From: Octopus bimaculoides
Lineage: Eukaryota
NCBI RefSeq assembly: GCF_001194135.2
Contig: NC_068984.1
Location: 11,515,815-11,579,814, forward strand
Direction: 5' to 3'
Length of the DNA stretch: 64,000 nucleotides
This document shows positions 26,051-38,761 of the stretch, in pieces. The notes beneath the pieces are model-generated. The model was not told where the DNA came from, searched no databases, and worked only from the letters and a program-made list of their open reading frames with translations. Position 1 is the stretch's first letter, and each line of letters begins with the position of its first letter. Made by a program: the position numbers and the translations under genes.

Positions 26051-27239
26051 GGTTGAATACCTACCAAATTAAACAACAAATCAAGCAAAATAGGTTTTAC
26101 TCATTATCGGTAACTTCATTTATTTTCTTAATTGCAAGAATAAAACCAATAATTTACCCAGTCCCTGAAAAATTCATCTCATTTCGAAGGAGATGGTACT
26201 ATCTTAGAAGAATTCATGAAGAGAATAGTATCAGAGCAAAGATAAGTAGTGAAAAAATAAGCAAAAAGGTGGTAAGATTGCTTCCAGCCATGACATCCTC
26301 TGAATAGTTAAGATGCATGGTCTAATGATTAGGGAACCAAGTTCACAATCATAAGATTGTGGCTTCAATTCTTGGGCAGAGCAGTATGTTGTGTCCTTGG
26401 ACAAGGCACTTCAATTCATATTACTCAAAGCTACTCAGCTCTTGACTCAAAATAGGGGAGGTTATGAGGATGTCTCTGTCAGTTCATGATGACAAGAGGC
26501 CTAAAATAACTAAAAAAAAGTTATCTTTGCTTCCAAGTGACAGCCATAGTAGTTGTAGTACAGGTATGCAATCCAAAATTCTAAAAAAAAACCCAAAACT
26601 GAAAGTTTTTTCATAAAGATTGTCTACAAACCAAACTTTGATGTGCAGAGAATGTTTGGTGTGAAACATGACCAGATGCAACCCACACAACATGTTTGGA
26701 ACCAAATATCATTCAATGCCACCACACATTTGGTGCTAAACATATCTAAATGTAACCTATTCTTAACCTGTGCCAGTTGTGCCTCAGTGCTCCTCCCCAG
26801 TCAGATGTGCCTCTGCTGCTTGCTGATATTACAGAAGATTATGGTGTGGATATTACCACAGGATATGACATAATAAAACATTGAGATAAGCTGTTGATGT
26901 TTTACTATGATAGGGATGACTGGCTGGAAGCGATCCTACCACATTTTGCTTATTTTTTCACTGCTTATCTTTGCTCTGATACTATTCTCTTCATGAATTC
27001 TTCTAAGATGATATCATTTCTTTCGAAATGAGATGAACTTTTCAGGGACTGGGTAAATTATTGGTTTTATTCTTGTAATTAAGAAAATAAATAGTGTTAT
27101 CGATAATGGGGTTGACTTGAACTATTCATGGGAACCGCAATTTATAGTCAACGATATATACTGTATTGTGATTTTCAAAATCTGAAAAATTCCATATTTC
27201 AAAACATGCCTGGAATCAAGGGTTTCAGATAAGAGATTG

Positions 27240-27339
27240 TGTACTTGTTGTTGTTGCTGTGGTGGTGGTGGTGGAGGCGGCGGCAGCGGTGGCAGCAGCA
27301 ACAGCAGCAGTAGTAGTAGTAGTAGTGGTAGCGGTGGTG

Positions 27340-27379
<40 letters not shown>

Positions 27380-27380
27380 C
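27240..27380. repeat. Compound trinucleotide microsatellite (GGT/AGC/AGT)
   Basis: Directly visible. Confidence 0.95.
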
Positions 27381-27989
27381 CATAACTATATTATTTCATG
27401 TATCCTTCCTTGTTTAAGATGGTGGGGTGTAATTTCTCAGGTATCCCTAACAGGCTGAGTGACTATGTGGGAACTCTCTCAGTGGATCATTGCTGCATCT
27501 GGAAAAATTGGTGGCATTTGCAATAAGGAGTACTTGTGATTGACTTTGGTAAACAGAAACTGAAAAAAGCCCATTATATATATATACCAGTGGGACCCAT
27601 GGACATTCCACAGAACAAAAAAGATGAAGAGAAGCTATTTAAGAAAGGATGATTTGCATTTTTATTTTTATTTTGTTAAGTATTTTACTTCCAGTCATAA
27701 TAACATATTTTAAAATTTCCCTCTACTAAGCACTATATTTCTCTCTTTCTCTTCGCCTCTCACTTCCAATGAGGCCCAACACTCAAAAGGAGGTTTTCAC
27801 ATGCCACTTTGCCTCCATGTGGCCTAATGCTTGAAAGGTGCTTTTTATGAGCCACCAGCATGGCTGCCAGTTATGTGCCATCAGTATCAGCGACAACTAT
27901 GATTTCACTTGGCTTGATGGGTCTTCTTAATGCATAGCATATCACCAAACGTCCTGGTCACTAGTCATTGCCTCTGAGGCCCCCCCCCG

Positions 27990-28905
27990 TCTCATGTCTA
28001 CTTCCTGGGTCTACTTCTACCACAAGTTCCCTCCACAATTAGAGATGAGCACTTCTTTACACAGCTGTCGTCATCCATACACAACATGTGACCACACCAG
28101 CACAGTCGTCTCTCTTGCACACCACTTCTGATACCTCTTATGCCCAACTTTTCTCTCAAGATACTTACAATCTGTTGAACATGCATACTGACATTGCACA
28201 ACCAGTGAAGCATACTGGTTTCATTTCTTTCAAGCCAATGCACGCCCTCAGCTGTCACAGCCCATGTTTCACTGCCATGTAGCATAGCTGCTTACACACA
28301 GGCATCATACAATCTGCCTTTCACTCAGACAGAGAAGCCCTTTGTTGCAAGAAGAGGTAGGAGTTCTTTGAACTTTGCCCAGCCTATTCTTATTCTTACA
28401 GCTACGCTCTCAGAGCATCCATCTCTTCTACTAACTTGGTCACCTAGATAACGGAAGTTATCTACTACTTCTAGCTTATTCTCCTGGAAGTTGATGGAGT
28501 TTATTTTCTGTGCAATTTCAGTGTTTATTGTACTCATGCATCTTCCACACACAAAAGCAATTTTCTGTTAACCTTCTTGATATTGCTGCATCTCTTATAT
28601 GTCCATAGCTTACACTGGGTACATCTTATGGAATTTCTACCTACTCCTTTTCTACAGATTGAGTAGGGCCATCTACCTGAAATTGGTAATTGGTCTGCCT
28701 TCCTACTTACTAAGACTTTGGTCTTTGCTAGGTTAACTCCAAGGTCCTTCGATTCTAGACCTTGCTTCCATACCTGAAACTTCTCTAGTGATTCAGCTAT
28801 AAGAACGAGGTCGTCAGCATAGAGGAGCTCCTAGGGATAGCCTGTCTTAAATTCCTCTGTTATTGCTTGGAGGACTATGATGAACAAAAGGGGGCTGTAG
28901 AAAAT
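27990..28905 (-). mobile_element. RTE-clade LINE, RT 3' half (degenerate)
   Basis: LLYADDLVL, LEVVDNFRYLG, RIRIGWAKFKELLPLL and LHGSETW motifs. Confidence 0.9.
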
Positions 28906-29784
28906 TTACCTCAACAAATTGTACCTGACCCATGCAAATATGAAAAAAATGGATATTAAGACACTGATGATGATCACATCACAAATGGAGAAATCATGGA
29001 AAATTCTGGGTTGCGTTAGCTACGGAATATCCCTAACAGTAAGACAGGGGAAGATGTTTGGTTATGTATTATACATGTCTGTGAAAAGACAAGTGAGAGC
29101 CTCTTGTAATTAGAAACCAAGCAGTTGTGGGGGTGCACAGGAGGTAAGGCAGCTCAGTCAAGACCTAGTTAAAGATTGTGAAGGAAGATCTAGCAGATAA
29201 GGGCCTGAGAGCAGGCTCATGAGTGAGTGGAGATCTCAGCCTGATGCTCCAGGGTATATAAGAGCTACTGAGTGTCGGTTATGACAAAGGTTCCAGTTGA
29301 TCCGATCAACAGAACAACCTGCTCATGAAATAAATATGTTGAGCACTCAACAAACACACGTACCCTTAATGTAGTTCTCAAGAAGATTCAGCACAAGGCT
29401 GGTCCTTTGAAATATAGATACAACTCATTTTTGCCAGCTGAATGGACTGAAGCAACATGAAACAAAGTGTCTTATTCAAGGACACACTGCTCCACTGGTT
29501 ATTGAACTCATGACCTTACAATCATGAGCCGAATCCCCTAACCACTAAGCCACACACACCACATATTAGAGCTTCTGTAAAGAGAAAGCAAAATGGGTTC
29601 TTGTTTTAATGCAATTTTGATAATGTTAAGAATATATGTTTGTGGATGGTGAGGAGAAATCTGTTAATTTAGGAATGGAAAGTGGGTTGTGATGCAATTT
29701 CAAAACATTCTGTTGGAACAATTCTTTATTAATAGAAATAATACATTTCTAAATCTCTCAGAGAGATTTATGCAGTAGTGATAC

Positions 29785-30191
29785 GATAAAGTAATTGTAT
29801 GCAGTCAACTTAATGTGACAGTCCCATGAAGGGAATAATACTACTGCTATTTAGCCCTAGGAAGCAGCACCACTTCCTGTCGACCTTGACACATTTCCTG
29901 TGTCCTTATGTTTACAAGGGGGAGACAAACACCTCCACCCAGCTAAGCCTGCATCCAGAGACATGTTTCTGAGTCTTTGCTCGTCATCAGTCTGGAGTAG
30001 CATGGCCTGCTAGTTGGAGATGCATGTCAAGCTCTTGTAAACATATAATAATTCTAGTAAAATACATAAGGACACAGGAAATGTTTCAAGGCCGACAGGA
30101 AGTGGTGCTGCTTCCTAGGGCTAAATAGCAGTAGTATTATTCCATTTATGGGACTGTCACATTAAGTTGGCAGCATACAAATTCTTTATTA
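29785..30191. mobile_element. Fold-back element with about 117-bp inverted arms enclosing a hammerhead ribozyme
   Basis: 29795-29911 vs 30064-30180 are reverse complements with about 6 mismatches. An inner 11-bp inverted pair (atgtttacaag / cttgtaaacat) closes the loop. Confidence 0.9.
29954..29996 (-). ncRNA. Minimal type I hammerhead ribozyme motif
   Basis: UCCAGA CUGAUGA CGAG CAAAGA CUCA GAAA CAUG UC UCUGGA: perfect 6-bp stem I, full core, palindromic ACAUGU helix III, GUC cleavage triplet. The first stem II pair is a C.A mismatch. Confidence 0.8.
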
Positions 30192-32650
30192 GTTTAGCTT
30201 TAATAAAGTGTGTATTTGGGGAAGAGAGAAATAAATTTTAAAAAAAACAACACAAGTAAAATTTAATTCTTTTTAATGAAGTGACATTTTTACAATCATC
30301 AAAAATATTCAACCATATTATATTGGTTGTAAAAGTTAATATCACATTAATTTCAACAATGAAATTCAAGTTCTGTTTTGTTAACAGTGTGTGAGTGAGT
30401 GAGTGAGTGAATGTGTGTGTGTAAGAGAGAGAGAGACAGAGACAGAGAGAGTAGAGGAAGAATGACAATAAGAAAGAGAAGGGAAGAAAAAAAAAACAAA
30501 GTGGAAGAGAGAAAGGAAACAGAGTGAGTGAGTGAGGGAGAGGAAAAAAAAGGGAAAATCAGTTTGGTGAGAAGAAAAATTTGGAAATTTTCTACAAAAT
30601 TAATTTTCAACTGCATAAAAATAAATAAATAAATATATGATAAAGTGGACAAAATAGATATGCAAGCTTTTAAAGAATATTTAAAGAAGTGTAAGGAAAT
30701 GCTAGTCATTTTTGGCAGCAGAATGATTAGTTTTGGGAGTAAGAAGAATGAAAATCTATTGATACAGATGTGAGTTTGATTTAGTTTTTGTGTGCAGTTT
30801 TTAATACAACATAAAATGTAGTTTTGACATGTCTACACAATATATTAGTAAGCTAATATCAAAGATGGTTGCTTGAGACAGCTGACAACTGTTGCTTGTA
30901 ATGTCTTCTTCACTTCTGACTTTCAACTCTGGTTTTTTTTTTTTTTTGCCTTACAAGACCTATCTTTGATTAAAGCTTGGTGCCTGGAGTTGTGGAATTC
31001 ATAGGTGTTATTGCCAGGAATGTGGTTCCAAAGACATGGCAGTCCCAATGTTAAGAATATCAAAGTAGTTGTTATGATGTGAGAAACAGCGTTTGACAGC
31101 TGTCCTTTGAATCTTGTGTAACATAAACAAATCTTCCCTGCCATATTTAACATTATATCAGTTATACAATGTGCCAAGGTAGAGAAACTCAGGTTTTCCT
31201 GTCATTTACTGTGTTTGTGTAGACACACATACACACACAAAAAAAAATTTGATTTACATAAAGATTTATATGAGAAACTTAAAAAAGAGGCAATGGACAC
31301 AGCATTAACATAATGGAAATAAGTAAAGTTACGAATATACGTAATATTGGTACATATTGATGATAAAGATAAAAATAATAGATTGACTGAGATATTGAAA
31401 CAAAATGAAATGTTAGAAACAATCTGGAAGTCTATCTATATTCATCCATATCCAAACTAATAGTGCTGCATGAGTGATCTAGTTCACATGTAAATATATA
31501 AGTTACAACATTGTAAGATAATCAATATTTTTTATTAATCTCACTGACAAACAGAACTCATTGCTTTACTCTTTGCAATCAGAGAATACCAGTCAATGAA
31601 TGATTGTCTCCATTGTTTCAGATTGGTCAGAAATGTATTTTAAATGTTACCTTTTCTTCCATAACAGCAAAAGAAAAACAGCTAGAATTGGGTATCAAGA
31701 CCTGGACACAGATTCAGCTTACCAGAAGCTTTCTTTCTACCCTTTACTGATTGCCTCCAAATAAGTAATCAACTTAACCTTAGATCTTTGTTTTCGTTTT
31801 TATTGTTGACAATATTTAGATAGAAAGCATGCATTTTAAAGATATAGCAAAAATCTAACAACTTGTCTTCTTCAAATCATTAGACCATGATAAATTGTCA
31901 TTTACAGACAAGCTGATAATCACTCGAGTCATTAAAACATATTTTGTGGCACATTAAATTCGCTTCCATAATCAGATTTTAATTTTTTTCTTACTAAGCA
32001 CAAGGCCAGTTTTAGCAGAAGTGGGACACCTTTAAATCAACCCCAGTATACAAGCAGTATTATCTTTTTTTGATGTATTAAAGACAAAGTTGACTGCATA
32101 AAATCAAACCCTGAACAGTTGACATAATGAATCAATTCCAGTGAAGTCTTCTGCTCAAGATTTGACTGAATTAGTCATCTTCATAACCATCTTATTATCA
32201 AATAATTGATAAGAGAACACTGAAATATGAATACCTTTTTTTCTTCAGTCATAAAATGTTTTGACATTTTACAAGAGGAGTTTGAAGAACAATTTCTGTT
32301 TTATAACAGCAGATTATAAAAAATATAAAGGACAAACATAAACTCTTGTTTTATTGGAAGTTTTAAATTGAAGCCAAGTATATTTGGAGAAGGTTTTGTC
32401 CCAACAAGTTTATCTGCTTTTTACTTGTTTGATCACAATTTCCTTGGTCACTCATCAAAAGAGTTTATTTGATGAGTTTTACCCACTTTAGACAATAAAT
32501 TTCAAATGATGCCTCTGTAATATTCATTTAAATTATGCAATGAAATTCATTGATTCTGTTTCTGATAAAGAAAAGAAAAAAAATATAAAATTAAATTTTT
32601 TTTTTTTTTACAGATATCATTCTAAATAAGAATTATTTTCCAATTTGATA

Positions 32651-32747
32651 TCATGACTCCTTACATAGATGTCTATCAAACATCTCTTTCAACAAATTCA
32701 AACTACGGGCATATTGCATTTCGTTTCGGCGGGATGATTCTTTCCAT
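32651..32747 (-). CDS. LIN37: LIN37 coding exon 8 (WKESSRRNEMQYARSLNLLKEMFDRHLCKES*)
   Basis: tttctacacag|A TGG; matches recalled human [23 protein letters not shown]; TGA at 32653-32651. Confidence 0.95.
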
Positions 32748-34204
32748 CTGTGTAGAAATTGAAGCAGAACAATTACTTGATGACCACAAAATAATAAAAA
32801 AGTAATAATAAAAGCAATTAGCAGAAGTTCATTAAATAATCATAAATAATCTATTAAAAAAAAAAGAGATATACAATATTAACACAGAGGTGGATCTCAG
32901 TTGTATGATGAGGAGGATTCAGCTGTTTCATCATCATCATTTAATGTCTGTTGTCCATGCTGGCATTAGTTGGACAGTGTGACCAGAGCTGGCAAGTCAT
33001 GGGGCAGCACCAGGCTCCAATTGTCTATTTTGGCTGGGTTTCTATGCCATGCTGGCATAGGTTGGAAAGTTTGACTGTGGACTGGCAAGCCAGCAAGCTG
33101 TGCCAATCTGATCTGGCATGGTTTCTACAGCTGGATGCCCTTCCTAATGCCAACCACTCTGAGAGTGTAGTGGGTGCTTTTTACGTGCCACCAGCACAGG
33201 AGCCAGTCCGGGAAGGGGGGGACTGGCATCGACCACATTTGGATGGTACTTTTTATGTGTCACCAGCACGGGTGCCAATCAGGCAGCACTGGCATCAGCC
33301 ACAACTACAATTCCCATTTTGATTTGGATTTTTGATTTTACTTGACTCAGTAGGTCTTCTCAGGTGCAACTTATTGCCTGATGATTCAAGGGTACTTTTA
33401 AATGGGCTGGTTATGCGACACTGGTATAGGCTACGCCTGTGTTCTCACTTTGCAATAACAGCCTAGCTTTCACCTCTTTCCAAATGCTGTATTCTTTTCA
33501 TTTCTGACTGCAATGTTAGAGTTACATGCTTTCTTTAACAATTTCCATAAACTGGTCACTCTTATTAACATTGTAACCCTAATGGTTGGGCAATATGTAA
33601 ATAGATAAAAATGGCATGCTGGCAGAATTGTTAGCATACCAGGCAAAATGCTTTGTGGCATTCTGCCCATCTTTACATTCTGAGTTCAAATTCCACAGCT
33701 GTCAGCTTTGCCTTTTATCCATTGGGGATCTATAAAATAAGTACAAGTTGAGTGCTAGGGTCAATGTAATCGACTTACTCCCTCCTCCCAAATTGCTGGC
33801 CTTGTGCCAAAATTTGAAAACAATATATAAATAGATAAAGGCACATACAAAACACATAGGCGCTGGACATTGCTCTTTTCAGCTTCAATGTAAATAATGT
33901 TGGAGTAACACCAGAAATCAATGACTGCTTGAATGGTTGTTCAGCTAAAGGCACCCAAAGGCCAGGCAGGGGTTTTAAATTGGGCAATAGATTAGATTTC
34001 GCCACTCAAGAACAGAAACAATGGGTTTCTACAGTTTCTGACTTTACCTACAAGGCTTTGGTCAACCTGAGGCTATAATAGAAAACACTTTCTCAAGATG
34101 CTGTGCAGAGGAACTGAACCCAAAACCAATGTAAACTTAAAGCGAACCAGCCTCATATAGAACTGAACACCATACCATTTCAATATTCATAAGCCTGAAC
34201 TTAC

Positions 34205-34278
34205 TTGTGTCGAATACGCTTCCAACGAGTCATGTGACTTAATAAAAGATCGTCTTGAGATGGAGCTTTGTCAGGATC
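34205..34278 (-). CDS. LIN37: LIN37 coding exon 7 (DPDKAPSQDDLLLSHMTRWKRIRH)
   Basis: ttttatttgtag| ... AA|gtaagt; matches recalled human NMQRWKRIRQ. Confidence 0.95.
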
Positions 34279-34469
34279 CTACAAATAAAACAGTTTTAAA
34301 TATAAACCAATGGTTACACAGTTTAACATCTAAGGAACAACATTTACAATTTGGATCTTAGCTTTTTCAACTTGGGTCTTTTAATCTTTAGGATCATCTG
34401 TGCTCCGAATGGCTCCCGTGCCAGTGGCATGTCAAAAGCTCTATCCGAACGCAATGGAGAGGGTCATAG

Positions 34470-34815
34470 CCCAACTAATTAGGGAGAGAGTCTGCTTAGA
34501 TGAGATAGAGTTCGGTTTTGTGCCAGGTAGAAGCACCTCTGATGCTATATTCTTGGTACGGTAAGTGCAGGAGAAATACCTAGCCAAAGATAAACCCCTA
34601 TACTTGACTTTTGTAGACTTGGAGAAAGCCTTTGACAGGGTCTCCCCTTATCTGGTGGGTGATGCAGAAGCTGGGGATTGACAAGTGGTTAATAAGAGCT
34701 GTACAGGGATGTCATTAGTAAGGTAAGGGTTGGCAATGAGTATAGCGAAGAATTCCGGGTAGAAGTAGGGGCTCCCCAAGTATCAGCTCTCAGCCCCTTC
34801 TTATTCATCATAGCG
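34470..34815 (+). mobile_element. RTE-clade LINE RT fragment (in LIN37 intron 6, antisense)
   Basis: FGFVPGRSTSDAIF...YLTFVDLEKAFDRV motifs with stops. Confidence 0.85.
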
Positions 34816-35124
34816 CCCTGAGAGAAAAGTTGGACATAAGAAGCATCAGATGTGGTATGCAAGAGATGACTGCACTGGTATGGTGTGGAAGGCTGCACCA
34901 GATTTCAGCCTGATTTCGAATGGTTTCTACAGCAGGATGCTCTTCCTAACACCAACCACTCCAAGAGTTTAATGGGTACTTTTACGTACCATTTACGTGA
35001 TGCTGGTGTGCATTTACATGTCACCGGCATAGGTGCCAGTTTGTGTGACACCAGTATCTGCCACGACTGCGATTTTGCTCAGCTTGATGGGTCTTCTTCT
35101 CAAGCACAACATAATGCCAAATGT

Positions 35125-35400
35125 CTTGGTCATTGCCTCCATGAGGCCCAAAACTCAAAAGGGACTCAGCCATTTTGCCTTGGTCAGGCCCAACACTTAA
35201 GCGGAACTCAGCCATTTTACCTCAGCCAGGCCCAATTCTTGAGAAGAACTCAGTCACTTTGCCTCCATGAGGCCCAATGCTTGAAAGGAACTCAGCCACC
35301 TTGCCTCTATCAGGCCCAACACTCAAAAGGGATTCAGCCACTTTGCTTCCGTCAGGCCCAACATTCAAGAGGAACCCAGTCACTTTGCCTTCATGAGGCC
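35125..35400 (+). repeat. Minisatellite, about 39-bp unit (cactttgcctccatgaggcccaacactcaaaagggactcagc), about 7 copies
   Basis: Directly visible; shorter arrays near 19810-19880 and 27760-27830. Confidence 0.85.
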
Positions 35401-35507
35401 TCTCTTTATATTACCCTCCGAACAAGAACAGGTGTAAATAATAATAATAATAATAATAAAAAGTACTGTAAATAGAAAGATTGTGAAATCATTGAAATTA
35501 AACTTAC

Positions 35508-35630
35508 AGCATAAATATCTAGTCTACTTGAAAGTTGAGGAATGGGAGAAGGAATCCGTAAATCAACATATTGATCTTCTCTTTTTATTGGAGATGGTAA
35601 GTGGTATATATTGCCATCTTTATTTACAGT
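35508..35630 (-). CDS. LIN37: LIN37 coding exon 6 (TVNKDGNIYHLPSP...LRIPSPIP...IYA)
   Basis: ttcttttcag| ... GCT|gtaagt; matches recalled human DVYKLPPP...RIPSPL. Confidence 0.94.
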
Positions 35631-37392
35631 CTGAAAAGAAAAGGAGAAATTAAAAAGAAATGTTTCAATCGAAGAGATACCTAAAGACGTATTACAAAAC
35701 ATGACAGTGTTTACAGAATCTCTTGTATTTAGCAAAAGTTGACCCAGGTTTACTTCAGCAAGAATTCAAACAAAAACCACATGATTTATATAAATTGCTG
35801 TACAGATTTTGATTGCACAAGGAGGACACGTATGTGCATTCAGATGCTCTACATCTTCCTATACTAAGCAAAGTTTGTAATTGCAACTCAGATGGAATTC
35901 AGTCTGAAGAACTCTTTTACTTGATAGTATTTTAACTTCTACCAGAAATGGAATTTTTGCAAAAATATCAAAAGCAAAGTAGCAGCTAAAATACTCTATA
36001 AGGCATTCAATTGGTTCATTTTATTTGATTAGTATATACCAATTAATGAATTACAAAAGAAAAGGAGTTAAGTAAACATCTTTATTAGTTTACAGTTGTT
36101 TCTGCTATAAGAAGCAGTGAGCTCACAGCCAAGTGCTTGTACAGCATCCTACAGCTTCTTCAGAGCCATTAACCCATAAAGTGTTGGGATTTGCACTTAT
36201 ATAGCATGGACTGCTGAGCACAATTTATGAAAATGAGACTACCATGCACACATAAAAAAACAAAAATATATAAATAATATACAAAAATGTATATATAAAT
36301 AATGTAATATGGCTTGAGGGTGAGAAACCACACCCAGAAATATACAATTGCATAAATGTATTCACATACACACATACATCTATGCATGCATACATACATA
36401 TGCACTTGAGAAGACCCATCAAGCCAAGTGAAATCACAGTCAGGCAACTGGTAGCTGTGCCAGTGGCACATGAAAGCACCCATTACACTCTCAGAGTGGT
36501 TGGCATTAAGCAGGGCATCCAGTCATAGAAACCATGCTAAATCAGAGTAAAGTCTGGTATGGCCTTCCAGTTTGCCAGCCCTGGTCAAACTGTCCAGCCC
36601 ATGCCAGCATAGATAACGGACATTAAATGATTGGCTGATGCCAGTGCCACCTGACTGGCTCCTGTGCTGGTGGCATGCAGTAAGCACCATTCATGCATGG
36701 GTCGTTACTAGTGTTGCCTGACTGGCTCTCTGTGCTGGTGGCACGTAAAAAGCACCATCCAAAATGTGGCCGATGGCAGTGCCACCTGACTGGCTCCTAT
36801 GGTGGTGGCACATAAAAGCACCCACTACACTCTCGGAGTGGTTGACGTTAGGAAGGGCATCCAGCTGTAGAAACATTGCCAGATTAGATTGGAGCCTGGT
36901 CCAGCCTACTGGCTTGCCTGTCCTCAGGCAAACCATCCAATCCATGCCAGCATAGAATATGGACGTTAAACGATGATGATGATATATATATATATAGGCA
37001 CAGGCATGACCTGTGAGGTTAATAAGCTCACTTTGCAACTATGGGCAAGTGTCTTCTACTTAAGCCCCAGGCCAACCAATGCCTTGTTTTGTTTCAGTGT
37101 ACGCTGTACTGCAGAAGATATCTACAGACTTTTAAGTAACAATGTATGTATTTACAAATGTAAACACTAAATACTTCCTCAAGCATTGTAGACAGTGTTG
37201 GCTAAAAACAAAAGCCCTGCTACTATATTCTGTAGGAGAGTAAAATCTTGAAAGATAACCCTGTTACTGTACCAGTAATGCATTAATGCTCGCTCATACC
37301 AGTGTCTACTTGCACAAAAAGTAACCAACCAACTTTCCAGTCATAAGAAAGAAATTAGTATAAAGCAAGTTAATAACAAAATATACAATTAC

Positions 37393-37562
37393 ATCTTCAT
37401 CAGTTTGTGCATCTGACTCAGGACTAGAAGAGCGATTTTGGTTATTTAGGTTGTTGTGAGGTTGATTTTTAATCCAAGAACGGCAAATCGGATAGAGAGG
37501 TGTATTTTCATTGAATTGAGCCAGGTCTACACTCCGATCAAATAATTTCATCACATGAGTAT
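37393..37562 (-). CDS. LIN37: LIN37 coding exon 5 ([29 protein letters not shown]...)
   Basis: Hallmark LIN37 motif; cttcag| ... GAT|gtaatt. Confidence 0.97.
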
Positions 37563-37777
37563 CTGAAGACAATAAATGAATAAAACAGAAGATTAACATA
37601 GGAAAACACACAGTTTATATAAAAACATAGAATGAGGTTTATTTCGACATATATAAAGTACAGTCGTCGCTCATTTGTGAGCGAGAATGAATTGATAACA
37701 TGAAATGAAGTGTCTTGCTCAAGGATACAACACGTCATCCAGGAACTGAAACCATGATGTTACAATTATGTGTCTTC

Positions 37778-37780
<3 letters not shown>

Positions 37781-37842
<62 letters not shown>
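37781..37842. repeat. (TA)n microsatellite
   Basis: Directly visible. Confidence 0.98.
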
Positions 37843-37851
<9 letters not shown>

Positions 37852-38654
37852 CATCATCATCATATATATATGACAGATTTCTTTCACTTTTCATCTTTTA
37901 AATCTACTCACAAGGCATTGATGTGCTTGAGGCTATAGTAGAAGACACTTGCACAAGGTGCCACGCAGTGGAACTGAACCCAAAATCACGTGGTTGGGAA
38001 GCCAACTTCTTACCACACACCCACATTTGCACCTACATTCAATTGCAAATGTGCTGATCAGTGTAGTATTTTGTCATCAAACATCTTCCTTTAGACAATG
38101 TGTGTTCATAACACACATGACTCATTGATGTAAGAGTACTTTGGAAACACTAGTGATTTGCAGTCCAGATCTACTAGAACGTATTAAGAATGGATAGATG
38201 TGTTACGGCTTAGATTCTCATTGATTTGCATCCCATGAATATATATATATATATATATATATATACTGTTAATTACTATCTACACTTGAAATTGTTCAGA
38301 ATCATAAAATTTTTGAAACTGTTTAGGACACTTTTGAACAGAACAATTTTCATGTTAGGAACTCTTGAAAATGGAATACAATATTGTTGTTTAACCTAAT
38401 GTCAGCTATGACTGAGCAACCATTCTGTCCTGTTTGTATATCAAGGACTAAAATACTGTTCAACATAACCTTCTTTTTTATGATAGCAGGGTATGATTTG
38501 AAGGAGCTATTTGACTGTTATTTCTAGCAATTTGAGTAACTATGCAATGCATAGTGGTGGTGCTGGTGGTGAAAGTAGTTCTACTACTACTACTACTACT
38601 ACTGCTGCTGCTGCCATTTATTCGGTGAATGTAAAATTCGAGCGTAAAACTTAC

Positions 38655-38761
38655 GGTGATACTGTCCAATGTCTGACCCTGCTGAATCTTCTTTTCGTTT
38701 ACGTTTCCGACTGACTTTGGATAAACTTGATTTCCGTGGTGATTGTTGTGGTGATGGCAAT
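38655..38761 (-). CDS. LIN37: LIN37 coding exon 4 (LPSPQQSPRKSSLSKVSRKRKRKEDSAGSDIGQYH)
   Basis: ccgtttgcag| ... C|gtaagt; basic RKRKRK cluster in the position of human RRKKRR. Confidence 0.92.

Noticed and set aside
26620-26890. Cys/His-spaced text resembling a gag zinc knuckle
   Set aside because: Spacing does not fit CX2CX4HX4C, and its position is inconsistent with the gypsy relic at 22.5 kb.
30923-31177. 84-aa hydrophobic ORF downstream of LIN37
   Set aside because: No motif recognised, runs through a poly-T/A tract; more likely LIN37 3' UTR or intergenic.
33440-33490. Minus-strand SIWKEVKAR as a LIN37 exon
   Set aside because: No GT donor or acceptable acceptor; the true exon with RWKRIRH is at 34205-34278.
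34885-35475. 196-aa ORF as a real gene
   Set aside because: Made of a family C repeat plus a 39-bp minisatellite; no splice or homology support.
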